Under the pieces are notes generated by a model, which made no database searches, was not told the DNA's origin, and saw nothing but the letters and a program-made list of their open reading frames with translations. The translations under genes and the position numbers were made by a program. DNA of 63,821 nt, counting the filler, from Neoconidiobolus thromboides FSU 785 (taxonomy: Eukaryota; Fungi; Entomophthoromycota): assembly GCA_025603075.1 (NCBI GenBank). It is 9 parts of 9 records of this genome, joined end to end, with 100 filler letters (N's around TTAATTAATTAA, not from the genome) between each part and the next. Parts side by side here need not be neighbours in the genome. Positions count along the whole stretch, not along the records: positions 1 to 27,407 come from MU626502.1; 8 more parts are not named here. One strand, given 5' to 3'. Below, one piece after another: positions 1 to 13,591 of the stretch; the stretch's first letter is position 1; each line of letters opens with the position of its first letter.

Positions 1-406
1 CTATAAGTCGAAAGGTCTTAGTTTATGTGACTAAGATAGACTTGGGTTATGAGGAATAGCACGTAATAGGTTACAAGCTATATAAGACAAATAGAATAGA
101 CAATACTAATGTAAAACCTATGTAAAATACTATTAAGAAAACTTAGTGGCTTTATTAAATGTTCGAGATATCAGGTAATAATTCAGTTAAAAAGCCTCGA
201 ACTATTATGTTTTATAATCTCCTTTATACTCCGATAAGTATAAATATCAAAACGAGGGGAGAATATTCTTTGAGACGAAGATAGAAATTCTCATATCAAA
301 TCAAACTAAGAACATGGGATTGATTTTATCTGAACTCAAGAACACAGCAGCTTAGGCAATTGTTATGCTATAATTAACCATGGAACTGACAAAGCGATAT
401 TTCACA
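1..406 (-). mobile_element. Solo LTR, copy 1 (cut by window start)
   Basis: Same ~464-bp repeat as 43434-43897, 44990-45310 and 51518-51981. Ends ...GATATTTCACA at 406. The family has TG...CA termini with an 8-bp inverted repeat TGTGAAAT/ATTTCACA. Strand inferred from TATAAAA followed by AATAAA in the opposite orientation. Confidence 0.7.
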
Positions 407-2193
407 TCATCAAAATTTAATAAAAAAAATAATGATAGTAAATATTCATCAGATAATATATATATATTAAATAAAAGTAGAAGAATGATATACAGTAAAT
501 ATTTGAATGATCTAAGAGACAAAGCAGTAGCCAGGTCAACGTTTTTTAAATATATACCAAGTAATTTCAAAAATCTAGGAAGAAAAACGGATCTATGTAA
601 CATATGTGCCCAGTATACAGTCAGAAAAAAGTTATTTGAAAATAAAATAAATACAGCAATAAAAAACAAAGCAGAGATAGAAGAAATTTTCAATGAAGAA
701 GAAAAATTAGAGGATGTTTTTTTTGATTTCATCATTTTTCCATTTTTTAAGCACTGTTTGAGTAGAAAGATTGTTACTAAAATTCTTAAACACAAAAAAA
801 CATCCCCATTATACAAATTATATAAATTCTGTGTTGATACTCAAAAAAACACATTTAATGAAACTATTAAAAAATTAAATAGTAGAAGTTGTATAATGAT
901 TTTAGACTTTAAACAAAATATGGAAATAGGAACAAGACCAGATTTAATAAATTTAGATCATCATAACAAACAAGCTATATCAATATTAGGTTTTGGTGTT
1001 TTATATTTAAAAGATGATAAAACAATAGCCAAAGTTTACTTTAATTATTTATCTGAAATATTAAATCATGATTCAGCATATGCAGGAGATTGTTTAATCG
1101 ATTTAATGTCTACAGAGCTTTTATTTAAAAGTTTACAAAAATTAATATATGGGCAGATACAGGAAATCATTTTAGATCCCAAGAGTTCCTACATTATATG
1201 TTTAAAGAAATTCATAAAATAAATAGTAGTTTGAATGTTAATCTTAATTTTTTTGCTGAGGATCATGGAAAAAATATAGTTGATGGACATTTTGGAAACC
1301 TTTCAAAATGGAAAAGTAGTTTTAAAGCGTTAGGTAAAATAGAAGATATCAATCAATTAATTTCAAGATTTGAGGCTTTTATTTGCGAGCATAATAAAAT
1401 TAATAGCTCGACTGTTAATAATGGGAAAACAGATATAATTTTTAAAAAGTATAAAAGAAACAAAAATACAAAAAGAATAATAGAGATGCAGGGCATTAAG
1501 AAGTATTTACACTTTATTAAACATAACAATAAACTACATTGTTATCCAGTATCTGATATATCAAAAAAGAGAGATATAGTTCCAAATAAAGTTATAGAGT
1601 CTATAGAAAATAGAAAAATTAAAAGATCAATTCCAGCTTACCTTACGAAGATAACAGAGAATTTAAAAATTTCGATATTTACTAAGCAAGTAAGTGGTTT
1701 GTTGAATGATAGAAATAGACTATTAAATGTTAAGATTACTTAAGTTATTAATAGCTAAGTTAATAAATAGCCAAAGAACAAGTAACTGTAATAATATGTA
1801 AAAACTATTATTACTTGTACTATATAGGGATGGTTAATTATAGTTTTGGGGCTGACCACTCCCTCCCATGCAGCTATTTGTTAACTTGGCAATATATTAA
1901 TAATGTAATTATAACATTAAAATAGTCTATTTATTTGATAACAAATCTACAATCTTGGTTGTAAAGCAGTTGATAATAAATATTTCTCAATTAAGCTTTA
2001 TAAGAACATGTATTTAAGATCTAGTAGAAATTCAACTAACTTACAGTATAAACTATAATCAAATGATTTAGAACTGTTTCCAGGTACTTTTATTTTAATA
2101 AAAGATTTGATTTTATAGAAGTTTAAGCGAAGTTTTTAAAATACAAATTTTTTTAGAATTGGATAAAATAATGAAACTAATTCAGACAACCCC
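407..2193 (+). mobile_element. Sola-like DDD DNA transposon, copy 1 (5' end replaced by LTR, MITE insertion, frameshift)
   Basis: ORFs 380-1222 and 1198-1743 carry TDLCNIC, LDFKQN, (W)ADTGNHFRS (frameshifted near 1130) and HGKNIVDGHFG. The 3' terminus ...AATTCAGACAACCCC at 2193 matches the ends of copies 2 and 3. Confidence 0.75.
710..807 (+). mobile_element. ~98-bp MITE inserted in the transposase ORF
   Basis: GAGGATG...CATCCCC termini; TSD ATTA at 706-709 and 808-811. The empty site (single ATTA) is present in transposon copy 2 at 43251-43254. Confidence 0.9.
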
Positions 2194-4049
2194 ATATCTT
2201 TTATGCTAATATCATTGATAAATACTATAAAATCAAACTTATTTATCTTTAACTGATTTTATTTTCCATAGCAATTGACTAACTTCAAATAACCTTGAAT
2301 ATAATTTGGATATATAAAAGGTAAAAGGAGTAACTTAGTAAACTTTTGGGACTAAAGGATTAAAACATTGAATATAATAGATCAAAACTTTTATAGTCCA
2401 TATGATTTGCTTAATGTAATCATGATAATAACATGGAGCTATCAGTTATAAGTTATCATATTATTGGGATTAACCGATAATATCATTGTTTATGATTAAC
2501 GGAATATGAGTTTGAAGGCTAACAAAAAAAGTATTACAACAGTAACTTATTAATTTATTATTAAAATATCGAGAATTTATATTATTAATATAATCTTTAA
2601 GATCAACTGAGGTTGAATAATGGAAATTAAAAGTAAAATTTATGCTAATATAAATTTAAAAAAATTAATGCGTTGCCCAAGACTGTCTTTTTCATTGTTT
2701 AACTATGTAGCCTTTTAAGGATATTCAGAATAATAACAATGGCAAATTTTCTATTTATTAAATCATTAATGTTAAATCAAAACATAAAAATCCTAATTTA
2801 ATAAAAAGAAGTTACAATTATTAATATTAAGATTCTAAATAATATAAAATCTAATTAAGCGTTAAAATTTTAATATACCGTTTATCACACTTCATCATAT
2901 TAAAAAAAGCAATTCAAATTGCAAGTTGATAAATATGTATTTTTATTACTTTGCTGCATTTGGATCACTTCAATTCTAAAATCAAATTTCAGATTCAAAA
3001 TAGGGTTGAAAACAATGTGATTTGGAGAAGTTTAAGTTTATTCTGTAAAAGATTTTTTTAAAGCAAATCCTCAACGTTTTTGATTTGATTTATAAGGTAA
3101 TTCTAAAATAACTTAAGGTTTTGAATGAGTTTTTGCGGTAAAGGTATAGATTTGCAACATTAAATTATTTTCTATCGTAACCAATGGCTAGTTTTTTACT
3201 TAGAAATCTTTGATTACTTTAGAAATTACCTTATGATTAGTTTCAATTTTGTATCTTCAAAAATTAGCTTAATAGATATTATTATAACTGAATCTAATAA
3301 TCTGCTTAGCATTAAATCTAAAAAAAGGAAATTTCTAAATACACTTACTGAAATAGAAAGTTTACAAAAGAAGGGGTGGGGACCAAACTATTCAAGTTTC
3401 TATTTATTGACTTGCATTAAGTTAAGATGTTGTTAATTTATATTAAATTTTTTAAATCTTTGTCAATAGTTACTATTTGGTAACGACTCCACTGTAGATT
3501 TTATATGATTTCAAATAGTGTAAGAGCTATAATATTCTTAAATCATGATATGGAGATGTATTTGTGTTTGAATTCTGTTGATTTTTCTGCTTAAATAGTG
3601 CTTAAAAGATCGAAAAAATAATAAAACTAAAAAAAAACCATCATATAGCCAATCCAATGTTAAATATCTTATAATAAAATGTTATTTTACTGTTAGATAT
3701 TTTAATCTACTCTCTTTTTTATAAAAATAATATTAAGCTATTCATGTTGTTTATAACTGTTATTTTTATATTTGAATTTTTTAATATAGAATACTTTTCA
3801 ATTGATATTTATTTTAGCTAAAAATATGAATACCTTTGTAGTAACTTCTTCACTATTGCAACTGTATACACCTACAAATTGTTTTATTAAAAATATTAGG
3901 TTGTTTATAAAAATACTTAATGTGTTGAGATCTACCAAGTTTTCAATAGAAGAATGAAAAAATTACAAAAATATTAATTAGAACATAAATAATTTATTCA
4001 GTAAAAATAACCCTCATAAATAATATAAATACAAGATCGTAAAATGATG

Positions 4050-4856
4050 TTAAAAGTAAACGTTTGATGAAGCATTAGTAGGATAGTCAAACAGAGAAGT
4101 CAAAGAAGGTAGAGGTTGATCAAATGGGTTGATATTTAAATTAGTATTGACTCCATTTTGATACTCCGTCAAACCACATGGGTTATTAAATGCTGAATTA
4201 TCTGGATTACAATTGACGCTACTTTCATATTCTATTAGATTTAGGGGATGGTTGAAATGAGTGACCGCTCCTTCCGGTGGGGTACTTGTGTTAGTACCAC
4301 TCGCTAAATTTGGTATATTATGATTAAACTCAACTTCCACACTTTCATCTTTATTTTTTAATTTATATAACTTTCTATATGATTTAGAGTTAACCCTATA
4401 ACTCTTGATGTACGAGTAATCTTTGATATTATTCAAAATGAGCTCACTGTCTCTGAAATAATAATTACTAGGTTTAATAAGATTACTTACATCATCTTCA
4501 AAGTAATAATTGACAATGCAAATTTCTTTTAAATTGGCGTTAACTACATTGATTACTTTTTTAACAATTTTAGTTGTTTGCGTTGTATTTAATAAACTGT
4601 GAATCTTTTTAATATTCACTTTATCTACTTCGGTATAGATAAAGAAGCCATTTTTGAGTTTGGAGGGGGTCCATGATTTGCCATCGGTCCATCGTAGCAT
4701 ACCACTTTGTTTTTCAAATAATACCGTTTTTCCAGAGAATATGGAATTTTTGTTGAAGCTTGGACGATTCTGTAGTAGCTTAACTTGACCCTGAAGCGCT
4801 GCTTCAGCTAGTATAAAAGCGTCATAAACAGTTTCAATGTATCCTATGTAATCCAT
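4050..4856 (-). CDS. Gti1/Pac2 family (WOPR domain) transcription factor, paralog 1
   Basis: YIGYIETVYDAFIL..A, SGMLRWTDGKSWTPS, GFFIY.E, KKVI and IVNYY motifs of the WOPR domain; N/S/P-rich tail; intronless. Confidence 0.9.
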   Translation of the reverse strand: MDYIGYIETVYDAFILAEAALQGQVKLLQNRPSFNKNSIFSGKTVLFEKQSGMLRWTDGKSWTPSKLKNGFFIYTEVDKVNIKKIHSLLNTTQTTKIVKKVINVVNANLKEICIVNYYFEDDVSNLIKPSNYYFRDSELILNNIKDYSYIKSYRVNSKSYRKLYKLKNKDESVEVEFNHNIPNLASGTNTSTPPEGAVTHFNHPLNLIEYESSVNCNPDNSAFNNPCGLTEYQNGVNTNLNINPFDQPLPSLTSLFDYPTNASSNVYF

Positions 4857-4895
4857 TTGATTTAAAAAATTTGTGTAATCGGGGAGAAGCTTTGT

Positions 4896-4908
4896 ACTAT
4901 TTATACTT
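4896..4908 (-). promoter_or_regulatory. TATA box of WOPR paralog 1 (AAGTATAAATAGT)
   Basis: About 40 bp upstream of the ATG. The identical 13-mer lies upstream of paralog 3 (14287-14299); TATAAATAG at 17618-17626 (paralog 4) and AGTATAAATA at 36324-36333 (lipase). Confidence 0.6.
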
Positions 4909-6735
4909 TTTTTTAGAAGTGTTAGTTGAAAAGGGGGTAGTTTTAGCTTAATTTAGAAGTAATTACTATATTTAGACAAATGTCCAAATTGGGCAATCGC
5001 CAAACTTAGTGCAGTTGGTTAGATTCTGGGGGGTTTTGATAAGGAGAAAAAAAGTAACAATAATTTTTGAAAAATTCAAGGATTTTGTTTTGTAATAATG
5101 TAATAATATCATTTTGTTATAAATTGATGGTAAAAAAGACACTTTAATTTAATATTTTGGATTACTAATTTAAAAGTAAATTGAAATTATTTATTTATAA
5201 ATTTAAAAGATAGCAAATGAAATTTATTATTTGAAATAAAAATGTTCATTTCAATGCTATTTCTAGCGAAAGGGATAGCATACCATTTAATTTATACTTT
5301 TAATTTTATTTGAGTTTTTAGATATCTTTAAGTGCTTAATCTAGCGAATAGTTACTAAGTTTTAATACTTTTAATTTTAATATAAAGCTTATTTCAACAA
5401 TTTTATTAAAACAAAACTAACATTTACACTCAGTGTAAGAACTCTTTTTCCAATCGTTTGATTGTTAATTTTTGCTAAAAATAACTTTCTACCCTCAATT
5501 AACCCTAACTATTACTATAGCTTGCATACGTCCCGCCCCTATTTTATTATTAATTTTCCAGGTTAGATCAACGAATTTATTTCTTTTATAAAAAACACAA
5601 CTTAAATTTAGGACCTTTCTTTAATTTTTTTATACAAAAATATTATCGTTTTTAATTTGTAGAGTAGATTAAATTATATCAAAAATCAAAACCTTTTTTA
5701 TCCCCATTGTTTTACAGCGGATACTTCCTTGCTTTAAAAACTGTACCTTTATGTTATGCAAAGTTTATTTAGCCTAGAATAGCTTTTTAATGTGTTTATT
5801 GAGTTTTATAATCATCAGCATAACTAAAAAGAAAAATTAAAGTTGTCAACGGAAAATTATAAAACATAAATCATTAGAATTTCTATTCAATTAAAAGAAA
5901 AGGGCAAAATTTAAAAGTTCCATTTATTTGAATCAGAGAATGTTCTTTTAAATGGCTTGTCACTGGGCTTATTTGAAATTATAGAGTGATTTGCTTTTAA
6001 GTTAAGTTAAATAAAAGTTACAATTAAATATAAATTATACTTATAATCATCCTTTAAGTATGATCTAACTTTTTAATATTAATATTAAATACTTGATAAT
6101 TCTATAATTAATTCAATCATTGGTTGAAATGGCTGAAATTTAATAAAAATTCTAAAATTAGCTGGTGAAACTAAAAGACATTAAAAGTGGAGAAAAGACC
6201 ATTTGGTTTCAATGACAAAAAGAGCTGTTAAGTTGGCTTGAAGAGAATTTGTTTGATATTTGAGCTTGAAGTGAACTGAAAATATGGGGATTAACATGAT
6301 AATTGGGGTGTTGTTTTGCTTTATTTGTTTCATTAATTATTGAATTATTGTTAGTTAGTTAAATGAATAATTATACAGCTCTGTCTGTAGACACTTATGT
6401 CCTGAAAAGCTTTCTTTGCCTTTGCATATATCAATTCGAAATAAAAGTTAATCGAGTAGTTATAGTATTTTTTAGCAATTATCTCATTTGAAACCACTTT
6501 TTTTCGAATTGAGTCACATAAAAATGAAGGTTTTCAAGGGATGCAAATATCTACAGGTAGGACTGTAAATAAAATATAGTTGAAATAAACTCTTTACAGT
6601 TGTTGTAACTCTTACGAAATATTTAGTAGTAATTTTTACAATTAAATAAATTTTGAAAATGACTTTTTAACACCTAATGTATATTTTAGTAGAATCCTGC
6701 TACAAACCTTGCTCTTGAACTGTAATAGTCTATAT

Positions 6736-6832
6736 GGGGCTGTTTTTTTTAGTTTCATTATTCTTCCATTTTTTAAGTGCTATTTGAGTGGAGAGATTGT
6801 AGTAAAATTCTTAAACAAAAAAATACATCCCC
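6736..6832 (+). mobile_element. MITE copy
   Basis: GGGG...CATCCCC termini, ATAT TSD; accounts for the spurious ORF 6709-6900. Confidence 0.85.
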
Positions 6833-8605
6833 ATATTGATTATGTCAATTCTAGTTATTATACGAAATTTTTATCATTTTTCAACTTTAGAACTGTCTAA
6901 GTTCAAATATTCTTATGCTAACTGTTTATTTAGGAATGATATTTAGACATAAACTCACCAAAGCCTAAGGATTTAGTTTTTAAAAGAATCAGCTTAGCAA
7001 ATAATAACCGAATAATTTTTACAAAACATACCACATTTAAAATCAAGCAATTATATTTTTAAATAACAACCTAAAAAATAGAAATATTGTATAAATGCTT
7101 CACATTTTAAGTCAACGTAACAATCATTTAACTAATAGAACAAAGTATCATTTCTAATTATATATATTATTATGGCAATAATAACTATCACAAAAAAGTT
7201 AATGACTCTAGTTAATATTATAATACTAATTTGCAACAACAATTAAAAGCTAAAAAACAATTCAATCATAATTTTTATAACTTCGATTTTATCTAAAGTA
7301 AAGCAATTTTAATATTTAGCATTAAAGTCGATAGTAAAATTACTATAATAATACTATACCTTCTAGTTATGTTGATTGATGCCTGCGAATTAAACATGTT
7401 CAATAATTGAAATTCTATAAAACAAAATAGTAATGTGTGATGGTGATACTAATTATAGGAAAACTGAGAGATTTATTGGTAATGACAATTGATTAGAAAT
7501 AATACAACATTAATTATAAATCATGTATATTGAAACATTATGATGAAGATATTCATGATTTGTTAATCCATAGAATAAAATAGCCCCTCAGCTTGTAAAG
7601 TATTATTTTATATCCCATTTACGCATTAATTCAATTAGCATTCTAAAAACCACCTTCAATAATAATATACTTTTTATAGCAAGGCTGGATTAGAGTGTAA
7701 TCCTTCTTAAAGCAGTTGAAGGTCTGGATGAATTATTGAACCTGATAATTAAAAATCGATCAACTTTTGGCCTTGTTATTGAGCTATTTTTTCATAATAA
7801 ACCTAACTAAATGAAAGCTAAAGGTATACTACTATTTTATAAAGAGTCTCTTTTATCCTTGATCAGCTGGACATGCACAAGTTAAGTTTTGAGCTCATCA
7901 AATAAGGAGCTCAGTATACATTTTCTAGATGATAAGTTGATTTCAAATGAATATCAATTAACTAACTTTAAATCAATTAATTGATTAACATCTTCAAGCT
8001 CCACCATAGCATATAACTATAATGAAATAATAACCCACTTATACGCGAGATAGAGATGCGATCGCATTTTTTTACTAAATTTAAAAATAAGCACAAATTA
8101 AAAATAACTTTTATATTTTATTTTTATATTTTATTGTAACAATTAATAATTCAGAAGTATCCGAATTCAAGAATAAAAATAAAGATTACCTTTAACTAAT
8201 TATAGTAATTTGGCCACCTAATGTAAAACTGAAGTGTTCTGTACAGATCAAACTGAGGTTATTGAGCTTAAAGTTGTGGCAAACAAATGATATTAAATTA
8301 ATATTTATACATCTTATTTTCAATTCTGATATTTAAAGTTAAATCTTTATATTAATTCTACTTTGACTTTAAACAAAATGTGCCAATATCGTCTCAATAC
8401 CTTTGGCCCACTATGAAATCACTTTCCAAATTTAAACCCGAACTTTTAAGTTTTCTTGGTTTCGAATTCATTAAACAAAAAAATGAATTAAATACTAAAA
8501 GTTTAATTAAGTTTAAAATAGTGTTTGAATTTTGAATTAAAGAATAGCAATTGATTTGCGACTTTGAATAAATCAACAAAAGTAACAAACTTGAATTTTA
8601 TTTAA

Positions 8606-9208
8606 TTATTTAAAACTGATATATTGATTTAAAAGATCTAATTGTCGTTGATCTTCCGATGTTAAGTTATTGAGTTTCGGTTTATCTTTTTCTGTTAGTC
8701 CTATAAGTGGTGGTATCATTGAAGACCTAGAATCCCCAAATGAATCATTTGGATTACCAATATAATATTTATCCAAATTCATTTTAATATCCTCTAAATC
8801 CTTAAGCCCATACTTAGATGGGGAGACTAACTCATTTTTATCTACTTCCATTTGATTATAATAATTAATAATATGATATTGGTGATTATCTTTAGTTCTA
8901 ATAGTTAATGTTTTTTTTATCAATAAAGTTTCATTTGTTGCTATTTTATCCTCTTCGCGAGGCATTTGAAAATAAATAAAGAAGCCTTTTCGCAGCTTAG
9001 AATTGGACCATGACATACCATCGGACCATCGCTTGATTCCACTTTTGAGTTCATTAATAATGAATGTGCTACCTGATCGTATTTCTTGTTTCTGTTGATA
9101 GTTTAGACGTTTATTACTTAAATGAAAGTGGCCCCGGTTTGCTGCTTCAAGTAAAATCATGGCTTCGGTGATGCTCGGTAAATAGCCATGGAAGTGCTTA
9201 GGATCCAT
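8606..9208 (-). CDS. Gti1/Pac2 family (WOPR domain) transcription factor, paralog 2 (most canonical, Pac2-like)
   Basis: FHGYLPSITEAMILLEAA, IRSGS.FI..E..SGIKRWSDGMSWS, LIKKT, HIINYY, and a C-terminal EDQRQL motif. Confidence 0.92.
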   Translation of the reverse strand: MDPKHFHGYLPSITEAMILLEAANRGHFHLSNKRLNYQQKQEIRSGSTFIINELKSGIKRWSDGMSWSNSKLRKGFFIYFQMPREEDKIATNETLLIKKTLTIRTKDNHQYHIINYYNQMEVDKNELVSPSKYGLKDLEDIKMNLDKYYIGNPNDSFGDSRSSMIPPLIGLTEKDKPKLNNLTSEDQRQLDLLNQYISFK

Positions 9209-11002
9209 CCCAAAGTAAGGTTAAAAAAAGTAAAAATTATTTGTCCTTGAGTTTATATAAATGAATAAATTACTTATGCTTTTAATACTAAAGAGAGTTA
9301 ATTATTGGCTTATTTTTAAAAGAATGAAAAAATTACTAATTCAAGCTTATTCCTTAAAAGGATTCTGTATTGTTTAATTTGTATATTTATTTATACTCTC
9401 CGATTTACCTTGTGCCACTAAATTAGAGCTTTTATTTATTCGTATATTGAATGATTTATTATTATTTTAAACTATAAACAATAAAAGCTTTTAGTTTCAC
9501 CTTAATTTATATTGAGCTATTCCTTCCTTTTACACAAGTAAATTATTAAACTTTATAACACAGTTCATATCCATGTTTATTATTAAATGTTTTAGCTTTT
9601 TGTCATTGTTAAATCCTTGCTTTATTATTTATATTTATATATTTTAACTGTTAGTCTATTTTTATATATTTATTTAAAACTTGAACAAAGGTTAATTTTA
9701 TATTGATTTCCATAAAGCCCAATATTTTTAAGCCACTCCGTTGATAAACTATTGCAACTCTATCTTAAATTGATTAATTACTCATTTGAGAATTTTTTGG
9801 TGTATTCAATCAAAAAACATAAAAATTAGACTTTAAAAAACTGTTTATACAGATATTTTAACTGTAAAAACTATCACTAAAAAAGCCATAAAAGAAACGC
9901 AATAGTTGTAATTTTGATTTTTAGTTAAGCTTAGTATCCCATACAAAATCCCAAATTTAATTAAACTTAAGGTCTTTCACTCATTACAACTTGTTTTGTT
10001 ACAATTTATTATAGTGACTTGTACCGGATAGTCCAAACCAAATCTATATTAATGGTCTATTTTAAATAAAACAATAAAAGAAAGTTTAATCCAGTTGATA
10101 CATAATAGTTAGCATTTCACTATTATTTAATATTGTTCTCACCCACCCATTCTCAAATATAACAAAATCAATACTATATCAACTGCATAATTTTTTAATT
10201 TTATGTCATTTTAAGCTTTTATACTTGTCCAAAAATAGAAATATTCCAAATAGGGGTCTATTCAAAACACCTCAATTGCATAATTTTATTTTTTAGGTCT
10301 CTTCTAAAAATATCACTTTACCTTAAGCTTTTCATGTTAATATTTAAATATCGAACATTACTCTTAAAATATTAAAGATGAGTTTGAGCTTATTCAGTTC
10401 AGACTTTAGCTTAATGGCAACATTGTGGAGTAAACAAATACCGGAGTTGACTAAAAAAGGATGGCATTGTTAGATTTTATAAAATAAATCTTCGTTTTAA
10501 AATAATTGGATTAATCAGTTATTTAGAAGAGTTGAACCATTTATGAAAAAATTAAAGGGCAAAGACTTAGCTTAGAGTTTTAATGTCAAAAGCAGGCTTT
10601 TACCTTATTACGTTACAAGCAAGTCTTGAATTGATTACTAATATCAAACTCTAATAAACATGTATCGAAAAACAGTAAAGCAGTCACTGATCTTAAAAAT
10701 CCCCCTCCAATTTGGTTTTTTGTTAATAGAAGACTTGGCATATGGGACTTAAATATGCAAATGGTCTTTCCCTTTTCATCATTTTTTCATTTTTACCCAG
10801 TTTAAAGTCTGGAATTATTAGTAAATTTCAAAATAAGAGGCATACTACTGTAGTTGAAAATATTAGTATTCATTTGCTAATTTTAAAAGCTTAATCCCAT
10901 TCTTTTTTTATAAGGGTTAAATACATAATGTCTTAGAATCTTTGAAAACTATAATGCTAAGAGATTGAAACTGATTACACAACCTCTTTATTTTATCCAT
11001 GT

Positions 11003-11057
11003 TGTATATTATTACTATTTTGTGTATTATTACTATTTTGTATATTATTACTATTTA
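11003..11057. repeat. Tandem repeat, ~20-bp unit (TGTATATTATTACTATTT) x3
   Basis: Three near-identical units read directly. Confidence 0.7.
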
Positions 11058-11861
11058 TATTTGAAAATCATTTTTATACCAAGAGTAAACTATATGTTCT
11101 TCAACCTTTTAATTTTAATTATTTTTTCATAAATATAGGCTTCTTTATTGTAAAAGTAGGCTCCATAGAACTTTATTAGCAAAACATATACTATTAATTA
11201 ACAGCTGAAATATCCTAGAAGTTCTTGTTTTGTAGCTCATCTTTCTTCGTCATTAATTTTATCAATTTCATCTATGAATAACTCACTTGAAAGCTTTACC
11301 GCCCTTTCAAGAGTTTAAAAAATATATGTGTGGATACATCTTTTATTTAAGGATTTTACTAACGATTTTTCCGCTCAAGTGGTACTTAAAAATGGAAAGG
11401 GTGATGAAACCAAAAAAACATCCCCCCACATACTAAACAATTTAATTTACAAATAATCTGTAGTTAGATTATATTCATGACTAATATAAAAATCATTATG
11501 AAATTAATTTTTATATAAACTACTTTTAACTTAATTTTATATTAATAAACCCTCGCATTACGATCATCATATCAGACGACTTTACACTTTTAGGAATAAG
11601 GTTAAAAATGCACACTTATTAATAGGATCTAGTAACATGTACCATAAAGATCAAATCCTTTAAAACCTTGACCACATTTATTCAACTACATAAACGATGA
11701 TATTTATAGTTAAAGATAAGAGTCTAGATTGTCATAAAGCGGTAAAATTTTTAACAAAAGTTCTTGCTACGCATATAAAATAAATCAATATCAATATCTA
11801 GATCACTTTGATATAACTTTTTAAGTTGTATTTTGGAACTTGCTATTCTTAGTAATTATAT

Positions 11862-11957
11862 ATAGATGTATTTTTCTGTTTAAGGATTTTACTAGTAATC
11901 TTTCCACTCAAATAGCGCTTAAAAAATAGAAAAGTAATGAAATTAAAAAACATCCCC
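11862..11957 (-). mobile_element. MITE copy (further degenerate copies at ~3551-3642, ~11331-11426, ~12200-12240, ~12641-12738)
   Basis: Central AAATAGCGCTTAAAAA core and AAAAACATCCCC end. Confidence 0.75.
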
Positions 11958-13173
11958 ATATACTTACTTTTTAATTTAACTATTATTTTTTTAATGGTTG
12001 ATAAAAGCTGTTATGAAATTTAGTGCTTAAAGTTTAATTATTTTATACTAACTATAAAAGACTCAAAATTATAAAAAAATTACAATAATTTATTAAAAAT
12101 ATTAAAAAAAGCTACTTAATAAAGTATAAAATCATATTAGTAACGATAGGAAAAATATGTATTTATACTAAAACATTTTTTGATATAGCTAAAAAAAAAT
12201 AAGAAATAAAAAAAATAATGAAGTCAAAAAAAACATCCCCGTATAATAAAATACCATGCTTTATAAACAAATAAAATTGTTATTTATAGTATTATAATTT
12301 TAGATAAAGCTGGTAACTAATAAATTTTAATGTATTAATAAATTATATAAAATAATAAAAATAAAAACAATGGTAAAATAAACTAAATAAAAAGTATAAA
12401 TTTTAATAAAGACAAAATATAATGGCTATTTAAATAATTAAAAAGAAACTGATATTAAAACTTTTTTACTTAAACTAATTTACATAAGTAATATTATTTT
12501 ATTTAATGTATTTTTAATTAAAGTATAATGACTTTAAAATAGTAACATTTATATTTATTTAAATATAAATATTTCATGTTATTTTTCTTAAAATACTTTT
12601 AAAAAAGCTAAAAACCATAAATACCAAGCTAGGACTATATGAGGGTGTTTTTTTAGCTTCATCACTTTTCTCATTTTTTAGGCATTATTTAAGTAGAAAA
12701 ATTGCTAGTAAAATTACTAGACAAAAAAACAGATCCTTGTGTATTAAAAATTTTACGTTTTTAATTTAATTTCATAAATTTTTGTATTATTTTAATAAAA
12801 TAAAATTGAAGTTTTGTAAAGTTGAATAAGGATTTTATTATTTTTTTTAAATTTAAACTTTAGTATTTAAATCAGTTAAAAATTTAGTGAAATATGAATA
12901 ATATTTTATGTTATATTTATAAAAACTAACCTTATTTTTAAACATTTTTTATTTTTTATAAACTTTTTAATCTGCTTTTATATAAAGATTAAAGTTAGTG
13001 AGCACAGTTAGGTTAGAATTAGTTTTATACTTAAATAAAATTATTATTCATGTTTATACTTGTCGTTTTTTGAATATTTTGGCAAAATAGAAATTTACAA
13101 CTTTAAGCTCTGAAATATAGCTTGATTTAAAGTTTGATCTTATAAAATTACTATATACAATTTACATGTAGTC

Positions 13174-13246
13174 GCCTTCTTGGCTCAGTTGGCAGAGCGT
13201 CCGCCTAGTAAGCGGAAGGTCATTGGTTCGATTCCGATAGAAGGCA
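13174..13246 (+). tRNA. tRNA-Thr(AGT)
   Basis: Full cloverleaf: acceptor GCCTTCT/AGAAGGC, D arm GCTC/GAGC, anticodon stem TCCGC/GCGGA with AGT at 13207-13209, TTCGATT T loop; T-run terminator ~10 bp downstream. Confidence 0.97.
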
Positions 13247-13591
13247 TAATATTATCTTTTGTTAGTCGTTATTTTTTAGTTTGTGCACAAGTTTCAAAGC
13301 TATAAACTGTACTAATTAATTTAATAACTGAATACAGTTATTTCTAACATGAGTTTGGGATGACTCTAAATTTTTTAGAAAAATCTTGTTTTTTGTATGT
13401 CTTACTAGTTATGTTAGTTTGACAAACATTGAAACAGCAATATGTATTTTTAAAAATTGTTTTTAAAGATGATACGGTATACTTAATATTGTTGGTTTTA
13501 TTATTTAATACTATAAGAAGCCTATATAAAATAAAAATTCAATATGCACAGTTTTGACTTAATTAATTAGAGTTAAATTAAACTATATTAG

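Noticed and set aside
352-816. ORF 352-816 (-), and similar ORFs 43246-43482, 6709-6900, 34830-35036, 45259-45507, 52655-52846
   Set aside because: Antisense shadows of the transposase or translations of the MITE; the recurring FLCLRIL / IMKPKKTSP peptides are MITE sequence.
7700-8010. Possible Mutator SWIM-finger relic on the minus strand (EINLSSRKC...FDELK...H)
   Set aside because: Only one Cys survives and frames are broken; similarity too weak.
10380-10770. Possible further LINE relics here and at ~2950-3430, ~34400-34720, ~49300-49560
   Set aside because: Only isolated 4-6 residue resemblances; cannot be supported without a profile search.
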